Shown: positions 54,391 to 64,000 of the stretch, piece by piece
Layout of the letters: each line of letters opens with the position of its first letter
How positions within the stretch are numbered: position 1 is the stretch's first letter
Assembly (NCBI GenBank): GCA_905331295.1
Contig: CAJNYD010000025.1
Location: 62,001 to 126,000, forward strand
Length of the DNA stretch: 64,000 nt
Source: Rotaria socialis
Taxonomy: Eukaryota
Reading direction: 5' to 3'
Position numbers and translations under genes: made by a program
The notes under the pieces: generated by a model
The model's input: only the letters and a program-made list of their open reading frames with translations
Database searches by the model: none
What the model was told of the DNA's origin: nothing

Positions 54391-56193
54391 ATGCTGATGA
54401 GAATTATGTCGATGGCATCGAAAAATGTACGAGTGATGTATATATTGCCTATTTTTGGTCTAATTGTCACCGTGATTACATTAATAAGAGACTTCCAAAC
54501 GAATATCACCACGCAGAATCGGCTATTAAATTTGAACAATCTACCGTTCAAATTCACTCTGTCATCTCATAAAGATTCGTCTCAAGAAATCGATCACTTA
54601 CTGTCCAATGATACATTATTTCAAACATATAGATTACTTCTTCAAAACAATCATAACCTAGAAACTAGTTTTCAGTGTATCGGCCATTTTCACAATCAGT
54701 CATGTCTCTTTAAAAACTTGTACTACAACGAAAGAACATTTTGGATTCTTACGACAAAGAAAATGGCATTTCCATTACCAGAGGTACGTATTGGCGCATT
54801 TATCATGTCGCCGTTTAATCCCAATCGTCGGCGTTTTTACTCCTATATTGATCTCGAAGAATTTGTTAGTCATAAAATTAATCCCACCGTGATTCCAAAT
54901 ACAACCGTTTATTTCGATCAACCTTGGTTATCGAATATTGGACATGCACTTTTCGATGGTCTCTACCCAGCATATGTCGCTCTAATTCGTTTTCAGCCAA
55001 AACATCTTCAACCATTTCGGATTCTACTTCACACTATGAGTGACAATGGTAAATATTCGTTTAGTCAAAATGTTTATAATGTTTTTGCTGGACTCGACAC
55101 CATGAATGCGAGTGTACTGGAAACAATGTCAGCTGGAAGATGGTTTGCGTTTCAAGAAATCGTGATGGGTAGCGGAAATATGTGTCAACGTTGCCTTCAA
55201 TCGAATCTTCAGTTACCCGGTGGAATCGAATTGAATGGGTCAAAGCTTTTTCGAGATCGAATGTACAAACAGCATAAATTATCTCCTCCTACTATCAGAA
55301 AGAATCACTCGTTCGAAAGACAGTATTTGCGACGGCCTCTTAAAGCTTATGTGATTCATAACAAACGATTTACTGATGATGACAAAATAGAAATTCAAGC
55401 AGCAATCGATGAAATCAACAAATACACTGCTGCCAACAAGAATCAAACTACAGAAAATGGAGAAAAGTTGCGTTGGCCACTTGTTCACGTCACTTACACT
55501 AGCTATCCTCTCATTGTAGCTCGTGAGGAAGCTAAATCTCAGTTTAGCACTCCTATAATACAATCGAAAACGATTATCAGTAATAGTAAAATGATGGCCC
55601 ATTTGCAATTATTACAAAATATGGACATTCATATTACAGGACCTGGCACAGGGCAAATGTATCAGACCTTCCTTCCAGATGGATCTGTGAATATAAATCT
55701 TGGAGGTTTAGGCTATAAAAAGCAGAAAAACATCACAAAAACGTACACATCATTTTTGGAACAATATGTCACTGCTGGCACACCGTATATTAAGGGACTT
55801 TACTATCCTATTAATGAAAGACCGTTAGGTATTAAAAGAGAAATAGTAGTTCAATTGATTAGAAAAGCAGCACAACTAATTTTGAATGCATTTACAATAC
55901 CAGTACATCCGAGAGAAAATTTAGCATCAGATGGACAATTGTTCACTGAGATGTGTGAGCAAGATCAACAGTTTTGTATGGCAGCCACTGAGAGATCAGA
56001 AAAGAATAGTTTTTGGTGTATCAATACATGGCCAGAAGAAATCATCAATGAGAATGGACCATGGTCATCTAAAGGTATTATTGATGGTGATAAAACAGTG
56101 ATGTGTCCTTGTAATCGAACACTACTCCATCAATTGAGACGAAAGTACAACATCGATTATCATGTTAAAATAATATCGAACAAAACACTTTAA
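54391..56193 (+). CDS. Type II membrane glycosyltransferase family 61-like protein, single coding exon
   Basis: 600-aa ORF with an N-terminal TM segment, SCLFKNLYY, NIGHALFDGLYP and DIHITGPGTGQMYQTFLPDGSVNINLG, reminiscent of GT61/DUF563. Confidence 0.6.
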   Translation: MLMRIMSMASKNVRVMYILPIFGLIVTVITLIRDFQTNITTQNRLLNLNNLPFKFTLSSHKDSSQEIDHLLSNDTLFQTYRLLLQNNHNLETSFQCIGHFHNQSCLFKNLYYNERTFWILTTKKMAFPLPEVRIGAFIMSPFNPNRRRFYSYIDLEEFVSHKINPTVIPNTTVYFDQPWLSNIGHALFDGLYPAYVALIRFQPKHLQPFRILLHTMSDNGKYSFSQNVYNVFAGLDTMNASVLETMSAGRWFAFQEIVMGSGNMCQRCLQSNLQLPGGIELNGSKLFRDRMYKQHKLSPPTIRKNHSFERQYLRRPLKAYVIHNKRFTDDDKIEIQAAIDEINKYTAANKNQTTENGEKLRWPLVHVTYTSYPLIVAREEAKSQFSTPIIQSKTIISNSKMMAHLQLLQNMDIHITGPGTGQMYQTFLPDGSVNINLGGLGYKKQKNITKTYTSFLEQYVTAGTPYIKGLYYPINERPLGIKREIVVQLIRKAAQLILNAFTIPVHPRENLASDGQLFTEMCEQDQQFCMAATERSEKNSFWCINTWPEEIINENGPWSSKGIIDGDKTVMCPCNRTLLHQLRRKYNIDYHVKIISNKTL

Positions 56194-59100
56194 TTTTATG
56201 AATATTGTTTGCGTAACCCATTGAGAATTGATCATTGACAAACAGTTTGTGCTTCTAATTTAGTTAGATAATGTCATGTAAATACATAGTAACACTAAAT
56301 AGAAAACTTTTCTAAAATGATTGATCGATTAACAACGATCGAAACATTCATTTGACTTTGTGGATTGTCTTCAATATTATCGAATGGCATGTGTAATGAA
56401 AATTTAAAGTCAAGTAGCCGATAAACAATAGTAATAACTTTTCATAAACCGAATGATGACAACACAGTGTATAGACCTTATTGTAACCTTAAAACAATCA
56501 TTCTGACATTATGATATACTGAATCAAGTTTTCTCGATGGGTTTCACGGAGAAAACTACTTCAGACGAATATAGATTTATATATTTGCCATTTTTTGCTT
56601 CACTGCTGGAAAATAGTCGAACGTTTAAAAAGTTAGCGTCATCATGTACATCGAATACTATAGCAGCAAGAAGAATCTTAAGCAAATTTTGTCACTTATG
56701 GATAATTTTAATGAAAAAATAACACTTCTGATAAACTGAGCTGATTCTAAAGTCAAAAGAAATGGTTAAATTGAGAAGAGAGAGAGAGAGAGTGAAATTT
56801 CTTAATCGTATCGCTTCTTTTCTTGTCCAAAAGAAAACTTACTGCTAGTAGGATTAAAAAAATATCTACTTACAACAGTGGAGTCTAATTATAATTCTAG
56901 ATTTCTAACTGCAGGGCAAAAGATGAGACAAGTTTTTTAGATAACAATAAACATATCAAAATAAGAGATGCACGGTTCATTATTTTTATGATAAAATTCA
57001 AGATTTTTGAGTGAGCTTATGTTAAAAAATAGTACACCATGCACAATGCTTTAAACGCAAAATTTATTTCCCTTTTTTTATTCTATGATCATGAAAATTT
57101 TATCAATAAGATCGAGTCGTCTCAGAAAATCAGCTAAGACTGTTGAAAGTCAATATTCACAGTATACCTAAAAACAACGATAATCTACAAAAGACTGAGA
57201 CCAGTGCCAATATAAGCAAGGATAAGTATAGAATAGTAAGAATAGATAGTAATTCAACCAAACAGATTTGTTGTACGTTTCATTTAACTGTCAATGATCA
57301 ACTTTAGCTACATACACATTTAACGAAATATCACCATGATTTTATATTATAGTGATCATCAACTTAGAATTATTATATCTGCACGTTTTTCTTTGACGTG
57401 ATTTATAGAGATAAAAACTTTTTCATCGAAACCCGGCAATATTCATATGAGTACATTGAACATACATGTCAAGACTGAACGATAAGTAAACTTCAAGTGT
57501 TGCTTTAGAATTTCAAAAATAAAAGAAATTCATTTTGATTGACTAAATTTGTTGCGAATGCAATAAAAACAGTCATTTACAACTATTCCAATAATAAGTC
57601 TAATAATTCAAGTGAATTATAAATAAATTTCAGAATCGTCGCTCGCTCTTCTAAGGATTGGTATTGTTATCGATATTCATCTTAGTATATTTCGTATGGA
57701 TGAAGCGACTAAAGACGTCAAGATGCGGTTTTAATTCAAAGGTTACCGAAGACGAAATAACAGAATTCTGAACATCTTTTCATAATCTAGAGTAGCTCAC
57801 GTTATTATTTGGAATTCTATAACATTTGTAGTGATAGAATAAATCAAATGGATTATAGTAGACACAAAATTAATTAGTACACACTGGCAAGTATGACACG
57901 AGTTTTTTTTATTGCTTTTTTGTTCACAATCTTTTGTTTACAATATTGAAAATAACTGTTTACTACCGCTTCTATTTTTGGTACGTTGCGACCAATAAAA
58001 GTAAAAAACAAAATAGCATTGACTACATGGCTTTTCTACCAAAGCAAGAAATAATTGATGATTCAGTTTGTAAAAAAAAGAAGTTTTTTTAAGAAAAACT
58101 TGTTGTTTTATTAACGAAGTAAAGAGTTAACAAGCATTCATATTTTTCTTTCATCTAGAAAGCACTAAAGTAATGAAAATCGGTTCTTCATACGTCTGAC
58201 CTTCATAACTCATTCGTTTTTTTACGCATTCCAACATATGACGAAAATAACAGCCAGGCATACTCGATGACAAAGTCTAAATTACTTGATATTCTTATTT
58301 TTTATTCCTAAGCTCAGGATCAGAGGAAAATTCAACTTCTAACAAAACTTGTATTTGCACGTTCAAATTTTTTTCTCAGGTAACGCTAAAATTCAAATAG
58401 AAACGAAGAAAATAATAGAAAATTTACTTATGATAGTCGTCTTAAAAATTGCACCGGCTTTGCCATTATATTATAATTCAATATTTGAGGAAAAAAACCT
58501 AGGATAGAAACGTGTAGAATTATGAACAATTCTAAGTACTGCCATTCTATTTAATCTAATATGTAAAACTATATTGCTACTGTCACTAAACTAAAGTATG
58601 ACAGAAAGACACCTTTCTACACATACACGATCTTTCTCAACTGAAGACGCATTTAATATCTATTCGAGTTCTTTTTTTTGCATACAAAAAACCTATGACG
58701 ATCGATCAATGTGCTGGATAATAGAAAATTTCTAGCTTTATTAGAATGTAGAATCTTTAATTTTTGAATACAACTAAGCCTATATCGGTAATTGTTTGGA
58801 AAAAAATAATTGAGTCAAAAGTATTAAACAATCATTTTCGATTAGATAATCGAAACAAAATACGATTACTACGCTAATGGATATAATTTATTTACTTTTT
58901 ATTAAATAGAAGAAATAAAAAGTGATAGTAGAACATTGAACTGTTTTTTAAAAGAAAACAACTTTGTACACTAACTGAATATATTGAGATATGAATATTT
59001 TATTTATGAATCTAAGTTTTTTCTGAAATGTGATTGCTGACAACTAACGATTATCTAAAGGCTTGACTTCAAAATAAAATCAACAATTTTTGTCTATCGT

Positions 59101-59330
59101 CTGCTTTGTGTACCATGTCAATAATTCGTTGACTACAACAATATTCGCATTTTTATTCGATCTTATGCTCATTGGTCTGTTCACCTTCATGGATTTTTAT
59201 ATTATCAATTGCACTTTTGCTTGACATCTGCATTTACTCTGTTACATTCCTTATTTTAATTGTTGGTTTTGTCTTAAACATTCTGTTTGCTCCATATATA
59301 AAGGCATATAAGTTTTCATCATGATGTTCA

Positions 59331-59637
59331 GGTGNGTGGCACTTTAGCTTTAAACTTTAAGAAAAACGTGCATCAAGTTTGAAGTCAATTTTAAACTTTA
59401 AGAGTCAAAGTTAAAGTATAATACTTTAAGACTTTAACTTTAATAAACAGAGTTTAAAGTTTAAAGTTACTGTAAAAACCATATAGGAACGTACATAACG
59501 AGCTAAAAATTACTTCTTATTTTTACACTACTTTGATTAAAGTTAAAGTTTTAAAGTATTATACTTTAAATTTAAATCTTAAAGTTTAAAATTGACTTTA
59601 AACTTTAATTTTTAAAGTAAAGTTAAAGTGCCACCCC
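59331..59637. mobile_element. Foldback MITE built of actttaa/ttaaagt subrepeats
   Basis: gtggcactttagctttaaactttaa at the left (N at 59335) versus ttaaagtaaagttaaagtgccacccc at the right, with further internal inverted matches. Confidence 0.75.
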
Positions 59638-62343
59638 TATACCGAATACCATCATGCATATAATCAAGCAGTATGCATTAAAATAAGATGATCAACCATG
59701 CAATATACTCTGAACTATTTAATAAAAAAACATTTTTCCAATATTATTTCTTTTAATGTAAAATATTTTATTTCTAATAGTAATAATAATTAATACCACG
59801 TGTTACATTCGAGATTTTCTTTGATGAATCGAATCTCTCCTGATGCTTGTGTTAAAGAAGAAAGTTCAATATTTGGTATTAAACACAATGTATGAATGAT
59901 ATCTTGTTGCAAAATAGGCCCCTAGCTTTTCGAAATTATGTCATCTAGATCATCGCTTAGTTTAGAAAGGTCAGAGATAAGCTCGTGGTTTATCAGATTA
60001 AAAGATCGTAAGTATAGCACACTGATCGTGGCAAGAAATCAAGAATTACAATGTATTGATTGAGTATGTATCTTGTGGTTTGATAATATTAACAAAAATT
60101 TTCACAGATATTTAAAGTTAATAACTAGTTAAGTACTCATGAGAAAAACGACACTAATACAACTGAAAAATATTATTTAATTCGACAAAATAGGGATCAA
60201 CAAAGTACTATCCCAATTGTTTTTCCAATTGTATGACTCATTCAAATAGACTAGAAAATGATATTCATTGTATTAATTAAGAACTTACAAAAAGCACGAA
60301 TATAATTGGCCATAAGTCATGGAACACTGATGAAAAACAAAAAGTTGTTTTTCTAAACCTACTCTAATGCCTCTAGATTACTTTTGCAAAAGTTGATTTG
60401 CGTAATCGCTATTTCCAAAGTAGGTAGCAGAAAAAAGTTTTTCCATTGGGCATTATCGACTAGGAAACATTCTGAACAGTCAAATGATTTAGCTCAGTGT
60501 TGTAGTACTTAGCTTTAACGAAATATTTGATCAAATAATGCTCCTTCGCTGAAGTATAGCATTAAAAATGTAGGGCAAGATATATCTTATCACTTTTCAT
60601 TCGAATTCACTTTGAAATTAGTGGTGTGATTTGTTTCTCTTTCACTTAATAGTCGTAAGTATATAACATAAGGTCAGCTGCTCACAGTAGCTTACGTATT
60701 GTTTTTAACTCATAACATACAATCTGAAGATAGTTGCATTCTAAGACAAGTCAATTCATATTCGAATTACAGAGATAGATCCAAATGATGTAATATAAGT
60801 GTCTTATAAAACAAGCAAAGGCGTTCATTGTAGAATATGAAAAACTTCTGTGATTTCCACATTATTACGTGCTCTTTCTGTCGTCTGTAATCTTCAGCAT
60901 ATTTTACGACGCGGCAAAATCTCATTCACACATTCCCAGTCGTGCAAAGCCTTTCTGATCCATTCGGAAGTGTTCATATTGATATCTTACTTTTATTAAT
61001 TACTTTAAATCAAAATCTTGTATAATTTTCTTCTTGAAAACGTTGATGAAGATGAAAATGAAAATGTACTTCAACAACGAGAACCAAACCAAGAGCTGTT
61101 TTTTAATTACAAGTTTGAGAAATTATTACAGCCGTTCTCTAGAACAGAAGCTCATCTTATATTAGAAAATTGCCTCTAAGTAGTTCAACAAGCTATAGCA
61201 GAAGACCACAAATTTACATTGGATTTGAAGTTTCTATGCTACTATTTTTGTCAGGCATAGACGTGTTATTGTTACGCTTCTCCCCATTTTCTTTCTTTTC
61301 CCTCGAATCGAAATTCCTAAACGCGATACAAGTATCATGATAAAATGTGCCAGACAAGCATAACTATCCTCGACGTGATAGTATTAATGAGGATAAAATA
61401 TTGTTTATGGGAAGTGAGAATAGCTCTTGCCATAATAGTTATTTTGCTTTTATCTTCCTAAAATTAAGATCAAATAAGCAATAGAAAAGGATTTTTTCGA
61501 CAGATAAAAACACAAAAGATCTATTCTAACAAAAATATATCTTAATGGATATTCTTTCTTATTACCCGCATATCACTTCGTCATGTATAAAATGATTGAA
61601 GAAACAAGCGAATACACAGAGAAGCATATGCAAAAATGTCTTCTTGATAGTTCGTTATGATCCTTAGTTTAACTTCTTTTTGTGAAGTACTCGCTAAAAA
61701 TTTAAGCGAAAGCTATCAAAAAACAAATGTTTCTTTATTATTTGTTTTATCTTTCATTTATTACAAAATTATTCTTTTTGTTTCAAGAAAAATTTTTATT
61801 TGTCTCTATTTCAGAAAGAAAACGATTTTATTTATATCTATTTATTTTTATAACTAGAATTCGAAATAATGTAGGATTCCTAGATGGACATAGAAATGCG
61901 ATACTTTTAGTGATATATCGAGTTTGATTTTGATATTCTTCTGAAATGTAATGAAAAAAAGGATACTAAATTCAAAAGAAATAAAGGCTTTTATCAAGAT
62001 CTTAGTATCTTGTGAAATGCACATTCTGTTAACGGGTTTTACTTTAGCTTGCCTTGTTCTGCGATGGCCTTAAAAAAGAATGTACAGATAGGAAAAAATA
62101 TATATAATTTCGAAAATAATTGTTCGTTCTCTTTCTCTGTATTTAATACATAAGTATGTTTCATTTAATCTTTCGTTCCCTTCATGAGGTCGAGTGATAA
62201 TCAGCAAAAGCTGGAGAATCGTTTATGCATGATTTTTCTCTAAAAATCTACCTTGTATTTCAGTAGCATAGTATCACCTATTTCAATATATCAATCGTGA
62301 GCTATAATTTAACTCATTTATACGCTTTTTCCTTTCAGAACAC

Positions 62344-62709
62344 ATGGAGGATATTCAAGCAATCCGGAACGATGTAATAGTTTACGAATGCATCTCATCA
62401 TAAGTCTCATTATTTTGTTTAGATCGCGCGAAATAACGGAGAAGTAACGCGTATTGAAGGAGAGTTGTCACAACAACAAAGTAATTTCAATAATTCCAAT
62501 CTTCATGATGATGAAAAACGAATTATTGAACAACGCATTTATGATTTAAAACAACAAAAACAAGACTATTTAATAGCCAATGAAACGTTAGAGCGAGAGA
62601 TCAGTATGAAATATCTTCCATCAAATATATCCAAATACTAATTTTTGCTTCTTTTTTAGCTCAAATACAAAACCAAGCGGCAAGAGAAAATAAAGAAAAT
62701 AATTACTAA
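62344..62709 (+). CDS. Small three-exon hydrophilic coiled-coil protein (~86 aa), not in the ORF track
   Basis: Exons 62344-62373, 62423-62603 and 62660-62709 join in frame through GT-AG introns: MEDIQAIRND|IARNNGEVTRIEGELSQQQSNFNNSNLHDDEKRIIEQRIYDLKQQKQDYLIANETLEREI|TQIQNQAARENKENNY*. Confidence 0.65.
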
Positions 62710-62855
62710 TAATTAACATAAAAACTTATCGTGCTTTTTTATCTATTCTTATTAATGTGAATGAACACTACCGGTTATTTCATTGATCAATTGTCGCAAA
62801 TAAACTGTTCTTTTTTTTTCGATTGTATTACAAAAAGGATAAAATAAAAATCAAT

Positions 62856-64000
62856 TTACAGCAAAGGAAAATAAATGTAAAAGTCCTTCGAACCAACAAT
62901 TTCTCTCCAAGTTTTTAATCGTGTCACTTTGGCACAATTCCGTCGTGTTAGTTCTCGTGTGAAATCTTCTGTTACAACTCTTAAATCTTCATATCGAACA
63001 TGTAATTCAGTTAAGGAAGGTAGATGCGTTTTGGTTTCATCTAATAATTGTTCAACATACTTGATGCTTACTCTCGTAATGTCAAGAAAAGTCAGATGAG
63101 GATACTCAACTATTTGATGGGGTTCGACGATGTCAGTTGATTTCTTCCAATTATGTGACTGCGATGAAAGATCGCTAATATAGAAGCGTTGTAATCTTGG
63201 AAACGCTTGAGCTATTCGTAAGAAGAATTCATGTTCAAATGGAACCATATCACGCACACATAATTCGATGACATTTTTGAATACAATGTTTGGAAATATA
63301 TTACCAATACCCAGGAGCTTGACGAACTCAAAAGGAAGCGTAAAAACATGATGTGTAGCTGTGCAAGCAGAAAACGAAACAATACTCGACACTTCTTGAT
63401 ATCCTGTATTCGTAAAATTTTGTTTAATATTATTATTGGATAAAGAACGAGCCAAATCATTTTTATTGTTCTCCGTACTAAGATAAAAGTTGAATGAGTG
63501 AAGTCGTGACGTATTCACAGAAAATTCACTTATAAGACTAATCGGATCCATGTAAACACTTGGACAAGCGATACGCAAATATAAAGTTAACTTTTCCAGG
63601 TATAACATACGACGAACAAGAGATACGAATTTATCATTATATTCTTCAATTAAACCATAATGTATTAATGAAAACACCTCCATGTTCGGTAGTTCACTCT
63701 AAATAATGAAAATGAAAATTACGCGAAAGTGTTTTCTAAATAAAAAAAAAACATTACACTACCCAAGGGGGAAAGCAGCTCTTGATGGCTCCACAGGATT
63801 CACGATCTGCTTTTTTTCCCTCGATGCTACCGATTGTTTTTCTAAAAAGTCTCTTCTATTCGATAATTGTAATAGTTCAAATATGATTAATAACTAATGA
63901 ATCAAGTACATAAATCTTTGTTTTCGCTGTATCTATCTTAATTACTATTTAGTACATGTCTATTGAGTTTCAAATTACTTGGACGTGAATGATTTTATCA
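62856..64000 (-). CDS. 3' part of an F-box/LRR-type gene of a lineage-expanded family (5'-partial)
   Basis: Last exon 63698-62856 has LRR-like repeats (LEKLTLYL, PFEHEFFLRIAQAFPRLQRFYI, YPHLTFLDI, LPSLTELHV) and ends FYIYFPLL*. The F-box itself is not visible in the window. Confidence 0.6.

Noticed and set aside
61030..61260. Coding-like stretch ENVDEDENENVLQQREPNQELFFNYKFEKLL...
   Set aside because: Interrupted by stops and not assignable to a family; at most an old gene fragment.
1..64000. tRNA or rRNA genes
   Set aside because: No cloverleaf with A/B boxes and no conserved rRNA segments were recognised by eye; a covariance-model scan would be needed to exclude them.

Overview
AT-rich eukaryotic (animal) genomic DNA with many short (~50-70 bp) GT-AG introns. 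Gene content and style point to a bdelloid rotifer (inference). Core metazoan genes sit at the left (SAM + CCHC zinc-knuckle ZCCHC2/14-like gene, C2-PDZ-DH-PH PsGEF-like gene) and centre-right (cdc25, BLTP3/UHRF1BP1-like, apolipoprotein D-like lipocalin). An accessory, TE-rich island at ~14-34.5 kb holds candidate foreign genes: a DmpA/S58 peptidase with an added leader exon, a decayed APH/homoserine-kinase-like gene, a chimeric secreted degenerate-GH19 + vWA + GPI-like gene and a POT/PTR peptide transporter. The island also holds a full-length decayed LINE with an 11-bp candidate TSD and a nested TIR element, plus several MITE or foldback elements. The right end has a GT61-like ORF, a small spliced coiled-coil gene missed by the ORF track and a partial F-box/LRR-type gene. 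No rRNA, tRNA or CRISPR array is supported. All family assignments come from motif recognition, not database searches.
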